From Carpediemonas membranifera BICM (taxonomy: Eukaryota > Protista > Fornicata), in NCBI GenBank assembly GCA_019828565.1, contig JAHDYR010000067.1, forward strand, positions 62,001 to 126,000: a stretch of 64,000 nt of DNA, written 5' to 3'. The first letter of the stretch is position 1. The number at the start of each line of letters is the position of its first letter. Under the pieces are notes generated by a model that saw only the letters and a list, made by a program, of their open reading frames with translations, did not search any database and was not told where the DNA came from. Of the stretch, positions 32,100-43,800 are shown piece after piece. The position numbers were made by a program, and so were the translations under genes.

Positions 32100-32736
32100 C
32101 AGATGAGACTAACCATAAAATGCACCAATGAATAATGAATGTGCAACAGGAGGCTAAGCTGGCTACAGACTGCTCGAATACACGCAGGAAGTCTCCCGGC
32201 TGTTATTTCCTTAATTGTCAGATTTGCACACAGCAAAGATGAATCCCGCTGATGTCTTCAGTGATCAGCAGCTGGCAATATACGCCACTGGCGCGCAAGT
32301 TACCGTGAACCTGCCGTTCGAAGACTTCCCCAAGATACATGAAGTCCAGGATATTGGCGTCGCACAGCGTGTTTTGGCCAGTAACTGGATTGCAGACGGC
32401 CTGTCAAACATGATTCGCAGGGAAGAGTGATATTTGTATGGGAATACGACCATTTATGCTACCGATGTGCTACATTTTCTCTTATCCATCCCACTAGCGT
32501 CAGCCGTCCACTTTCCTCCAATAAAGCAGAGCGATGTCGGCACTATGTAGTATAGTTTGGATAGAGTAAGGATGGATACGACATGAAGGCGCACTTGTTA
32601 TGAAATTGCTGTCATCTGGTCATCATGCAAGGTGTCTTGTCTCCAGTGGGAACAATCCAACGTATCAGCTTCATTAAACAGTGCAGACAAGAACAAGGCA
32701 CCCAGAGTCTCTTTATGTGCAACCCTCGACTAAGGA

Positions 32737-33117
32737 TTAGTAGCCGACAGACTCGAGGTAGTCACCAAGCTTGGCAACAGTGAGGGCGGCGGGCTCGGGC
32801 ACCTGCTGGTCGTCGTGGACGCCAATGATGATGGCCTGCTGGGTCTTGCGGAGGAAGACACCGTTGGTGAGCTTCTTCATGTACAGAGTCTTGTCATCGC
32901 CACGGATGAAGGTGTACTTCATGCCGTTGAGGGTGAGACCACCGGTCTGGAGGACGGAGAAGTCATCGTGACCCTTGATGATCTTTGCGATCTCGGCCTG
33001 ATCGATGTTGAAACCGTTGCTGGCGGCCCAAACGTCGCCGGAGTGGCCAATGATGGCACCATGGCGGAGGGTGCCGGTGCTGAGGAGCTGGACGTCAACG
33101 TATTCTTGCCAAGACAT
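32737..33117 (-). CDS. Profilin
   Basis: MSWQEYVDVQLL...GAIIG..G.VWA...KLGDYLESVGY, 126 aa. Confidence 0.95.
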   Translation of the reverse strand: MSWQEYVDVQLLSTGTLRHGAIIGHSGDVWAASNGFNIDQAEIAKIIKGHDDFSVLQTGGLTLNGMKYTFIRGDDKTLYMKKLTNGVFLRKTQQAIIIGVHDDQQVPEPAALTVAKLGDYLESVGY

Positions 33118-33383
33118 CTTGAAGTTTGAAGTTAGGAGGTTGTGTGTTCTGTTCCATTTTTTCCAGCAAAAAAAAGCGAGATCAATTTGTCATGTGTCGA
33201 ATCGTAAGACAGAGGCTATGTGGTGTTTACTTGCCATATGCATCGCCTAGGCGGACACAATTTTTTTTGCACTCAGATTTTTATCAGATCAGAGGAATGC
33301 CGGCGCTGCTGGGGCGCCGCTAAACAGTATCATCCCGCATCACAGGCCTGCCATTTACCTAACATATGTAACACCCGCTCTGT

Positions 33384-34124
33384 TCATCTCGCGGCCTGCT
33401 GATACTGCCTCTGCGCCTGTGCGTAAAGCTGGGCCTGGTGGGTGCGTGTAGCGAGCTCATGCCTTTCCTTGAGCACAAGACGGGTACGCTCCCTCTGTAT
33501 GTCGTGCATGTGGCCCTTAATCTGCACTACGGCAACACTGGGCGGGACGGTACAAAGGTCTGGGGCATGTATGACCAAGGCCGGGTCAGGCGGCACCAGC
33601 TCAGCCTCAATGAGCGCGTCAGGGTCAACTGGCGGTCTCTTCTCCTCCATTCTCGTGGGCTGCAGCTCTGTGAACGTGCTGAGGAAGACTCTGGGGCTGC
33701 CTTCCTTCAGGGCCCTGTGCACAGAGCATATTGGGTCGCCGCAACGGGCTGCTCGCTGGCAGCGTCCACTCTTCTTGGACACCGCGCAGCACTGCGTGTA
33801 CAGGAACTGGCGGCTGTCCTCGTGGCCGTGGCAAGGACAGTAGTCTGAGAGCGGGAGCGCGAGCTCGCCGCAGCCGTCATGCTGGCACATGCGTCGACCA
33901 AGCCCAAGCATCTGTTGGATCTCAAAGGGGAGCGTAACAAGGGATTCTGGACGCAGACGCTCCTCTGTGTTCACTTTTTCGATGACGGCCTGGCGTTTTG
34001 TGGCCTCATGGAGCTTCTTGGTCAAATAATCAATATACATGGTCCGCAACTGGGCGTCTAATGCGCTGTTCTGCCGCTCATATGTCTGCAGCAGTGCTTG
34101 CTGCTCCTTGGTCAGTTCACTCAT
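33384..34124 (-). CDS. zf-C3Hc3H zinc finger protein (INO80D/KANSL2-like)
   Basis: CQHDGCGELALPLSDYCPCH..ED.RQFLYTQC...C...CSVH double-finger pattern. Confidence 0.7.
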   Translation of the reverse strand: MSELTKEQQALLQTYERQNSALDAQLRTMYIDYLTKKLHEATKRQAVIEKVNTEERLRPESLVTLPFEIQQMLGLGRRMCQHDGCGELALPLSDYCPCHGHEDSRQFLYTQCCAVSKKSGRCQRAARCGDPICSVHRALKEGSPRVFLSTFTELQPTRMEEKRPPVDPDALIEAELVPPDPALVIHAPDLCTVPPSVAVVQIKGHMHDIQRERTRLVLKERHELATRTHQAQLYAQAQRQYQQAAR

Positions 34125-34398
34125 TGCATGGTCAAATCTGGCAAATCATTTTCCAGCATAGGTGAGGCAAGACATGACAGATGGCTCTCTATGGGCATAC
34201 AAGGCGCTAGCCGTGGATTCTGCTGTTTTCAAGATGATGTTGTTGGATGTCCCTTGACGCTTGAGAAATCGAAAGATGATGGGAGATTGGCAAGCGACGC
34301 CTCTTCGCTGCCCAGCGGTGCCATGCTTGACTCTGCCGCGGCACTCCAATCAAAGGGGGCTGATGATTGATTTCTTGTCAAACTTGAGAACAAAAAGA

Positions 34399-35016
34399 AT
34401 GGGCGACATCAGCACCTACAACGGCAGCGCCATTTTGGCGATGACTGGGAAGAACTGTGTGGCTATCATTAGCGACAAGCGCTTTGGTGTTCAGTATCAG
34501 ACCATTTCCATGGACTTTGACAAGATCTACTCCGTTACGCCCAAACTATTCTACGGCCTCGGCGGCCTGGTTACAGATATGCAGACATTCTCTAGTAAGC
34601 TCAAATTCAGGACTAATCTGTACGAAATTAAGAACGGCCGCACGATGGAGCCGGCCGTCCTCACAAAGTGCATCTCAAGCATGCTCTATGAGAAGCGCTT
34701 CGGCCCGTTCTTCGTGCAGCCTGTCATCGCTGGTCTAGATAAGGACAACAAGCCCTTTATCGCCTCCATGGACTCCATCGGCGCGTGCACGTTCCCCGAT
34801 GACTTTGTTGTTGGAGGCACAGCCGAGGAGAACCTATTCGGCATGTCTGAGTCGCTGTGGAGGCCAGATATGGAGGCTGATGACCTCAAACACGTCTGCA
34901 CCCAGTGCTTCCTGGCAGGTATCAACAGGGATGCCCTCAGTGGTTGGGGCGCGGTCCTTTACCTCATCACCCCGGACGGCGTGATCCGGGAGGACATTGA
35001 GGGGCGCATGGATTGA
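34399..35016 (+). CDS. PSMB3: 20S proteasome subunit beta-3, 205 aa
   Basis: YNGSAILAMTGKNCVAI.SD.RFG, SMLYEKRFGPFF, RDALSGWGA and a terminal RMD. The ATG at 34399 gives the canonical length. Confidence 0.95.
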   Translation: MGDISTYNGSAILAMTGKNCVAIISDKRFGVQYQTISMDFDKIYSVTPKLFYGLGGLVTDMQTFSSKLKFRTNLYEIKNGRTMEPAVLTKCISSMLYEKRFGPFFVQPVIAGLDKDNKPFIASMDSIGACTFPDDFVVGGTAEENLFGMSESLWRPDMEADDLKHVCTQCFLAGINRDALSGWGAVLYLITPDGVIREDIEGRMD

Positions 35017-35573
35017 GATGTGCAGTGCTAAATAGCTGTGATGAGGTTGTGTGTCATGGTATGGTTGAAGGGGGCATCAGACACCGATACTACTACTGAT
35101 GGTGCTGCCACACTACTGTGTTTACTCGGCCTCATGCTTAGTGCATGCCCATCTCTTCTCTTACTTCCGAAGCAGGCTGGCGAATGACCGAGGCTCGGCC
35201 GGCTTGCCCCTGATGGCGTCCAGCAGCGGTTTGAGGGTGTAACAACTTGCACCACTGCCACTGACACAACCAGGTTGCTGCTGGCCTCCCGAGGCTTCAG
35301 GTCCGGCGGTCTCGACTCCATCAATGGCCCCACCGCCAGTCTGGGCATCCGTTAATGACGAGTTTCCTGCAGCAGTTTCAATGAGATGGTTAGAGTCTGA
35401 CTGAATCATTTTTGAGACGATTTGGTCCTGATCTGACATTATTCGACTTGTGGAGTAATCTGCCGTCAACCACACACCCATGACATGTGTCATCCTGGTC
35501 TTGTAAATCCCCAGCGACTAGGGGTGGTGAGGGCATCCTGCTTGGTCCGGGCGCCTCTCTCGGAGGTCAAGCG

Positions 35574-36434
35574 ATGTTTTTTCCTGACAAAACCACGTTC
35601 ACAATGCCAAGTGACGCTATGCTTGCGGAGAATCAGACAACAACGATAGTTAGCTTTAACATACGGTATGGAACTGCCAATGACGGCGGAAACAAGTGGG
35701 ATCGGCGCAAGGAGCTCCTCATTCGGACCCTCCAGAACCTTTCTGCCGATGTTGTGTGCCTGCAGGAGGCGCTACAGTTCCAAATCGACTATGTCCTCTC
35801 TCAAATGCCTATGTATCAAGCTATCACTCGTGGCCGCGAAGCCTCTGGCGATGGGGAGCACTCGACGATTCTATACAACGCATCCATCATGACACCACGC
35901 CACCACGGCACTTTCTGGCTCTCAGAAGAACCTGAGACCCCAGGTTCTGTCGGATGGGGTGCTTCCTTGCCTCGCATCTGCACCTGGGCCCACTTTTTCC
36001 AGTGGGCGACAGGCCGTGCGTTCTATTGCTTCAACACCCACATGGATCACGCAAGTTCCAGGGCCAGACTTGAATCAGCTCATCTCCTGGTTGACCGCAT
36101 CCGTGGCCGGCAATACCGTTATGATCCCGTTGTCCTCTGCGGTGACTTGAATGCCACTGAGAGGACCGCTCCGATCATGTTCTTGCAGGATAATTTAAGG
36201 GATGTTTTAAGGGAATCACATGGTCCCAACGCTAACCTGGGGTCCTTCCACGACTTTGGCCGCCAGACGAAGCCAGCCCGCTACGATTACATATTCGTCG
36301 TCAATGGAGAGAAGAGCGACGTCCTAGTCCGGGCTGCGGAGGTGAAGGATGTTCATATTGGCACGTTCTACCCCTCTGATCATCACCCGCTGATGGCGAG
36401 GCTGCAGTTCAAGTTCTTTTTCCCGGCAGGATAG
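35574..36434 (+). CDS. Endonuclease/exonuclease/phosphatase (EEP) family protein, bacterial-like
   Basis: SFNIRY, LQEA, GTFWLSE.P, LPRICTW, NTHMDH, GDLN, DYIF, PSDH. The start could be 35574 or 35604. Confidence 0.85.
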   Translation: MFFPDKTTFTMPSDAMLAENQTTTIVSFNIRYGTANDGGNKWDRRKELLIRTLQNLSADVVCLQEALQFQIDYVLSQMPMYQAITRGREASGDGEHSTILYNASIMTPRHHGTFWLSEEPETPGSVGWGASLPRICTWAHFFQWATGRAFYCFNTHMDHASSRARLESAHLLVDRIRGRQYRYDPVVLCGDLNATERTAPIMFLQDNLRDVLRESHGPNANLGSFHDFGRQTKPARYDYIFVVNGEKSDVLVRAAEVKDVHIGTFYPSDHHPLMARLQFKFFFPAG

Positions 36435-36494
36435 TTTTACGACACAAATAAACGAGCACTTTTGAACATAGGTGTGTTAAAGGGTTTACAGAGC

Positions 36495-37664
36495 TTAGAA
36501 GGCAAGCTCGATAACGGCAGCGACGTCCTCGGGGGTGAAGCCGTGGGGGCAGCCGACGTCGCAGACAAGCTTGGCGATGTGAGGAATCTGCTCCTTCTTG
36601 AAGCCGAGCTCGCCCATGGTAGTGGGGTGGCCCCAGGTCTTGAGGTCCTTGACCCACGCCTCCATGCCTGCCTTGTATCCGTCGACACCGTAGACGTTCT
36701 TCGCCCAGCGATCGTAGACCTCCTTCTTGCCGATCTTCGTGGCGAGATACTCGATGACTGCGGGCATCAGCACGCCGAGGCCAGCGCCGTGGGCGACAGC
36801 AGGGTCGATGGCGCTGAGTGCGTGCTCAATCATATGGACCAACCAGGATCCACCGCGGAGAGAGAAGCCGGAATAGCCGTTAAGAGCAAGGGTCGCAGCC
36901 CAAGCAACGTTAGCGCGGAGGTTATAGTTCTCAGGGTCCTTCTGGAGGCCGTGGCCGCAGTTGACGAGGGAGCGGAGCAGACCCTCGTCGAGCTGAAGGG
37001 CGGTCTCCTCAGAGCCATCGGCACCGGCGTACAGCTCAAGGGTGTGCACCATAGCGTCGACAACACCGTTGACAGTCTGGAACCACGGGAGGCCAGTCTG
37101 GAAGGAGGGGTCGATGCAGCTGACGGTGGGGAAGTTGTCGGGGTGCATGTACGCAACCTTAAGCTGCTTCTCGTCGTCTTGGAGTACGTAGCCGTTGTTC
37201 ATCTCAGACGCAGTGGCAGAGATGGTCAGGACCGTGAAGATGGGCAGACGCTTGCTCACCGGGGGGGTGGCGCGGGGGACGTCCCATACGTCGCCGTCGA
37301 AGAAAGCACCAAGAGAGAGGGCCTTGGAGGAGTCAATGACGGAGCCGCCGCCGATGGCGAGGATGGCTTCAGCCTGGTTCTCGCGTGCGAGCTTGACGCC
37401 CTCGCGGACCTTGTTGACCTCGGGGTTGGCACGAATGTCGCGGAGTTCGGCGACAACCTCGACGTTGTTGGCCTTCAGGGAGTCGATAGACTGCTGATAG
37501 GAGCCGTTCTTCAGAGCAGAGGCGCCACCCATGGTGATGATGACGCGTTTGAAGCCACGGGAGGCGATCTCCTCGCCGATCTTTGACGTGGAGTCCTTGC
37601 CAAAGATGAGCTTGACGGGGTTGTAGAAAATAGAGCCTGTAAGGGAGCCGTTGGGAGCAAACAT
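36495..37664 (-). CDS. Iron-containing alcohol dehydrogenase (butanol dehydrogenase BdhA/YqhD-like), 389 aa
   Basis: FYNPVKLIFGK, ANP, AIGGGSVIDSSKA, TISATASEMN, DAMVHTLE, HMIEHALSA and HGAGL metal ligands; strong codon bias. Confidence 0.9.
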   Translation of the reverse strand: MFAPNGSLTGSIFYNPVKLIFGKDSTSKIGEEIASRGFKRVIITMGGASALKNGSYQQSIDSLKANNVEVVAELRDIRANPEVNKVREGVKLARENQAEAILAIGGGSVIDSSKALSLGAFFDGDVWDVPRATPPVSKRLPIFTVLTISATASEMNNGYVLQDDEKQLKVAYMHPDNFPTVSCIDPSFQTGLPWFQTVNGVVDAMVHTLELYAGADGSEETALQLDEGLLRSLVNCGHGLQKDPENYNLRANVAWAATLALNGYSGFSLRGGSWLVHMIEHALSAIDPAVAHGAGLGVLMPAVIEYLATKIGKKEVYDRWAKNVYGVDGYKAGMEAWVKDLKTWGHPTTMGELGFKKEQIPHIAKLVCDVGCPHGFTPEDVAAVIELAF

Positions 37665-38251
37665 GTCACTTGGAATGCGAGTGGACAAGTCGAAATTCGA
37701 CTCTGAAATCCTTGATCAGTCTCGATCCCAAGATCGGTCTGTGATTCGGTCTCAAATCTAAGATGGGTCAGGGCATGTCTGGCGGGCTCGTTGAGGACGT
37801 CGGGCCTTGCGTTCACGGGGTTGATTCGTCTCATTTCCAAGATGGGTCGACGGTGACGAGTGACATTCGACCATGCCGCCTTCCTGCTGGGAAGGGTGGC
37901 ACACCCGTTCGCCTTCGGACATTGCTGAGGTGGAGTCGACGGTAACTCCGGTTTTAACTGCGGAGTGGTTCGTCAAGTAGTTGATATCGAACCAGAAGCC
38001 AAGGTCAACTTGGGGTGTCCACATGTTTCCACAGAGACCTGGCTAGTATGGGCCGGCTGGTTATGGCTGTGGACTCCCAGCGCTCGAGGACTACATGGCC
38101 TGGTGGTCAGCCTCGAGAGCTGTACCCAGGAAACTGACTGTCAGAGAATGGTATGAGTTTGGTCATTGCCCACATCTCATCGTCTGTTCGCAGTTGACGT
38201 CGGCGGTCGGCAGTCAGAATTTGGCAATCAATGAACTGAGCGCTACAACCA

Positions 38252-39878
38252 ATGAGCAGTGCTATTTCCTCTCCATCAAGTGTGAGAGATGCGCTTATCT
38301 CCGCATTCCGCGCCTCGCTCGTTGTAACGGCCTCCATCCCCGGGAGCATACCATCCTTGATCCAGTGCGCCTTCTCCAGGCACTTCAACAAGCGAATGCC
38401 CTCGATCTACAACGCAGAGAGCACTAATACATCAGCGAGCGCCGATTCTCTCGAATCCCTCATCACCGCGCTCTCAGAGATCCCCTCTCAAGCCAGCCGC
38501 GCAAGCCCTCCTCGACCGCGCGCACTCGATCCTCACCATCGGTCCCCCGCTGTCCATGAACGTCGAGCTCTCGCCTGGCGAGGAGCTTCCGGTCGCCATG
38601 CACACACTCAACCAGGGCGCGGTGTGGGCGTGTCTGGTGGGCGGCGGGGCCAACCCAGACCTCGAGGACAGGGTGCTGGGGAAGGCTCAAGAGGCGCGGC
38701 CACGCGGTACCGAGTTGCACAACAAGATCCGCAAGATTCTCACCCCCGAGGCCAAGTGCTTCTGGTTCCTCTGCCGCAAGTTCTTCTTCACGGTGAACAT
38801 CGCCGAGAAGGACGGCGAGAGCTATCATTACGCTGGATACGACACTTGCTACCACCACCGCATGTACATGGGCCGACTCTTCATGCTCCACACTGACAAA
38901 CACACCGCCCTCACCAGGGCCAGGATGCCCAGGGCCCTCGAGGTCTACAGCGACAACTACGGCGCCCACATCGCCAGGACGCCCAAGGGCATGTGGAGAT
39001 GGGGGTATAGCGGACTTGGCCAGCTGGGGTTCCAGTCATCTGACTTCGTCGACCCGACCCGCCTCACCTTCCCCGCCTGCCCCAAGGTCCCCAAGCTCGA
39101 GGCCAGCCTGCCCCCCTGGGAGAAGCACGGGATAGTTACCGAGGCGTCTATACAGGGCAAACAGACGTTCATACTCACCCCGGTCGGCACTGTCATGGCG
39201 GGCGACAAGGCATGTTTGTTTACCGGCCCAGTCCAGCAGGACAAGAGACTTCTATTCCACCCTGTCGCTGTGCCTGCTGGCTTTGTCCCAGATCACATCC
39301 TGCATGATAATTGGACATCAGTGATACTCTCCATGGGCGATCGGCAAATGATCGGCGGGAGCAACGAATGTGGCCGGCTGGGACTCGGACACGAGAATGA
39401 GATAACGGGCTTCGTCGACCTGCCATACAGGGTCGACCGGATCATGCCAAGCCAAGCAGGTTACTGCAACGCCTTCCTCCATGGCCGTCAGCTGCTCTTT
39501 GTTGGTCTAGTTCCCCTTCATATCGCCCAGTCGGGCCTGCTTCCTGGGAACCGCGAGGAGGAACGCTGCCTCACACCCACCCCGCTCCGGTTCTCTGAGA
39601 GGGTCAAGCGATTCTTTTGTTCCGAGGTTGTTGTCTGGGTCACTGAGGGCCGCACTCATCTATGCAACCGCTACACCCAGTTCTGTGTGCCTTTGAGGCC
39701 ACGGTTCTGGGCATACGAGTTTCGCGCTTCGGAGAAGTCATCTCATTCTGCGACTCCACCCACCAGTGGTTTGAGGTGAAGACGGTGTCAGATGGGGTGG
39801 CTGAGTTGGTCGAGTGCAGGGCGCCATATGATCCCCAGTCGTTCTGGAATCACGCCAGTCGACGTCGACCCAGCTTAA
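38252..39878 (+). pseudogene. RCC1-like repeat family gene interrupted by ~3 single-base frameshifts (pseudogene or assembly indels)
   Basis: ORF pieces at 38252, 38556 and 39662 join via shifts near 38483, 39690 and ~39848. Motifs WGYSGLGQLG and GSNECGRLGLGH. Confidence 0.55.
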
Positions 39879-40853
39879 CTTAAATGTTGTCCGCTCTTCA
39901 CGTGGAGGCATTATATGTGGTGGGGCAGACCCAAGGAGCTGCACCCGCCCAGGTCAACGTTGGTCAAGGGTTTGATTAATTCATAAAGACGTAGCACTAC
40001 ATATATACTATGTTACAACCGCTCCCTAGCGTTGACAGTCTCGTCATACGAAGCAAGTTTGACCCAGTGACAGTGTTGTATTCAGTCCTCACGCTGAGGT
40101 CGAACCGACACCCTCACACAGACCTCCTGTCAACCGCGCTGTTTCGAGGAGTTAATAACCCATACGTGCATCACAAAAAATCTGAAGCTCCATGCTGCAT
40201 GTTGCCGCCTAAGATTGGTCACCCTCTTGTTGGATCGGGGTGTGACTCAACCAGGCAGGCAGATCATGACTTGTGGACCGCGAATCGTTTGACAAGTAAA
40301 CCATGCGATGTACAGTCTAGCCGCGAGTGCCACGGGCTCGGCTCTATGTGGTTCCAGAGACTGTCAGTCGAATGGCGGGGTGAGTCTTGCCGTCATTACA
40401 AAAGAGTCGAGTAGCAGCAAGTGGCACCCTACCACAAGTTAGACACACGATGTTTCTACTACTACTGCTATTATCCCCAATAGACCCACATCTCAACCGG
40501 CAGTTGTCAACCCGTGTGAGACAGCTGAACATGTGGTGTGGCTGACCGCCTCAAGCATTGGCCTGACCAAACGCATATCTGCGCAATGATCATGATAAGC
40601 ATCATTTGCCGGTCACCCATCACATGGACGGTGTGAGGAGTGTCCCCTACTCAACTGTTCTAGAATACCTGAGGTCGTCCTCGAAAGATGAAACTTGGTT
40701 GACTGGTGGCATGATCCCTGATATACACGAGGATGATCCTCGTTGGCCCCTCATTGGTGGCTTCTCTTGTGTCCAAAACGGGTGACGTTTTTATTTCGAA
40801 GAAAAACCAGAACCCAACGTGCTCCGTTGCACAACAAATTGTATCCACCTTTA

Positions 40854-43800
40854 ATGAGCACAGAAGCATCACGTGATTCGTCACGTTTTCAGTTGGATGT
40901 AGCTGCGCTCGATAGGCTTTCTAACAGCCGGCGGACCAAGGATGTCGCTGAACTCGGTGGTGTCCAGGGAATCATGGAGAAACTATGCACCAGCACCGAT
41001 GGTCTGTCCCAGATTGATATCGACGACGGCTGCAGCGAGCGCTACCAACTTTTTGGTCGGAACGTTTACCCACAGCCCAAGAGCAAGTCCTTTATTCGTC
41101 TATGGCTCGAGTGCCTCAAGGACCCGATCCTCATCATCCTAATCATCTCCGCTGTCATCTCCTTCGTTCTTTCCTTCATCCCCAAGGAGGACGAGGGCAG
41201 CGAGGGCAACTGGGACTGGATCGAGGGTGTTGCCATCCTCGCCGCCATCGTGATCGTCTGCACTGTCACTGCTTTCAACGACTGGTCCAAGGAGCGCCAG
41301 TTCCGCAAGCTGAACGCTGCCAAGGAGGACCGTATGGTCACCGTCATCCGCACGGGGCTTCAGCAGACCGTCAACATCCACGACCTCGCCGTTGGTGACG
41401 TCGTCGACATCCAGCAGGGCGACCAGGTCCCCGCTGACGGCATACTGATCGCTGCTATCAACCTCGAGCTGGACGAGTCGGCTCTCACGGGCGAGTCCGT
41501 CACGGTCACAAAGGACGCCAACTCGCCGTTCATGCTGTGCGGCTGCACCATCGCCACTGGCAACGGTACCATGGTCGTCACCAACGTCGGCATCCATTCT
41601 GAGTGGGGCAAGACCCTCGCCTCCCTCGTCAAGGAGCCCGAGCCCACTCCCCTCCAGAACAAGCTCGACTCCCTCGCCAAGCTCATCGGGTACTTCGGCG
41701 CCGGCACCGCACTCTTCACCGTCCTCGTCCTCGGCATCCGCTGGGCGTACAAGGAGATTGTGAAGAAGGTCATCGTCGACGGTGGTTCATTTGCGCTTTC
41801 CTCTCTCACCGCCTGGATCGACTTCATCATCCTCGCAGTCACCATCGTCGTCGTCGCCGTGCCCGAGGGCCTCCCTCTCGCTGTGACGATATCCCTGGCC
41901 TACTCCATGAAGCGTATGATGAAGGACAACAACCTCGTCCGTCACCTCAACGCCTGCGAGACCATGGGCGGCGCCACCAACATCTGCTCCGACAAGACAG
42001 GCACACTGACCCAGAACAAGATGACCGTCACCCAGGGCTGGTTCGCGGGCAGACTGTTCGACCGAGTCCCCGCCCGCGACGAGCTCCCCGCGTCCATCGT
42101 CGCCCACATCGGTGTCGGCTCCGCAGTCAACAGCAACGCATTCCTGCAGGCCAACGAGGCCGGCCAGATGGAGTTTATCGGCTCGAAGACCGAGTGCGCG
42201 CTCCTCCAGCTCTCCCGGAACTGGGGCCTCGACTACGTCCCCGTCCGCAAGGCCACGTCCGAGATCACCGAGTACGACTTCAACTCTGACCGTAAGCGCA
42301 TGTCCAAGGTCGTCGACATGACCCAGTCGAGCTACGAGGAGGCCGCCCGCGACTTCCCCGACTTCACCGCCCACGCTGGCCCCCGCATCTTCTGCAAGGG
42401 CGCCTCTGAGATGGTGCTCTCCCTGTGCACGTCGTACCTCGACGAGCAGGGACAGGTCGCCCCCATGACCGAGGAGGTCCGCAAGTCCATCGACGAGGCC
42501 ATCATCACGCTCGCCTCGAACGGCCTACGCACCATCATCCTTGCATACCGCGACATCGAGCCGGGCCAGACCCCCGAACAGCTTAACGACTCAGACCTCA
42601 ACGAGAAGGAGCTCACGTGCGTCGGCCTGACTGGCATCATGGACCCCCTCCGCGAGGAGGTGCCCGAGTCCGTCCGCCGCTGCCAGATGGCGGGCATCAT
42701 GGTCCGCATGGTCACGGGCGACAACATCCTCACCGCCAAGTCCATCGCCCGGTCCTGCAACATCCTGACCGAGACGGGCACTGCCATCACCGGGCCCGAG
42801 CTCCGCCGCATGACGGACGCCGAGCTCGACGCCGTCATCCCTACTCTCCAGGTCGTCGCCAGGTCGACACCGACTGATAAGCTCAAGCTCGTCACCAGGC
42901 TCCGTGCTCTCGGCGAGGTCGTGGCTGTCACTGGCGACGGCGCCAACGACGCCCCCGCGCTCAAGGAGGCTGACGTCGGCCTCGCCATGGGCATCAGCGG
43001 CACTGAGGTCGCCAAGGAGGCCTCCGACATCATCCTGCTCGACGATAACTTCCACTCTGTCGAAATGGCCATCCTATGGGGTCGTGCAGTTTATGACAAC
43101 ATCCGGAAGTTCCTGCAGTTCCAGCTCACCGTCAACGTCGTCGCCCTCGTCGTCGCCTTCACCGGCGCCCTCTTCCTCGGCGAGTCTCCCCTCGGCGCTG
43201 TCCAGCTTCTCTGGGTCAACCTCATCATGGACACCCTCGCCGCCCTCGCCCTCGCCACTGAGGGCCCTCACGAGGGCCTCCTCAAGCGCAAGCCGTACGG
43301 CCGCTACGAATCCCTCATCTCACCCGACATGTGGAAGAACATCGCCTTCCAGTCTGTGTTCCAACTGGTCGTGCTCTTCGTCTTCATGGCAATCCTGCCC
43401 GACGGCAACTGGGCGAACTCCAGCTACCTGACTGATCTCCCTGTGCTGGGTTCGGACTTCTTCTATGGCGGGGGGACCATCGCCTACCGTAAGGATACGA
43501 TCATCTTCAACACGTTCGTCTTTAGCCAGCTGTTCAACGAACTGAACGCCCGTAAGATCACCTGGATGGATTGGAACATTCTCCAGAACATCCACAAGAG
43601 CCCCATGTTCATCATCGTCATGGTGCTCACCGTCGTGCTCCAGGTCCTCATCGTCACTTTCGGGTCGTACGCCGTCCGTGTCCACCTTCTCGAGCCGCAG
43701 GAGTGGCTGTACACCATCGCCATCGCTTTCCTGTCCATCCCCATTGGTTTCGTCCAGCATCTCGTCCCGATCCCACCGCCACTTGCCCGGTTCATCGAGA

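Noticed and set aside
36462-37586. 374-aa plus-strand ORF and similar long antisense ORFs over SEC24, PMCA, VPS35 and the WD40 gene
   Set aside because: These are shadows of GC3-rich codon usage on the opposite strand, with no motifs of their own.
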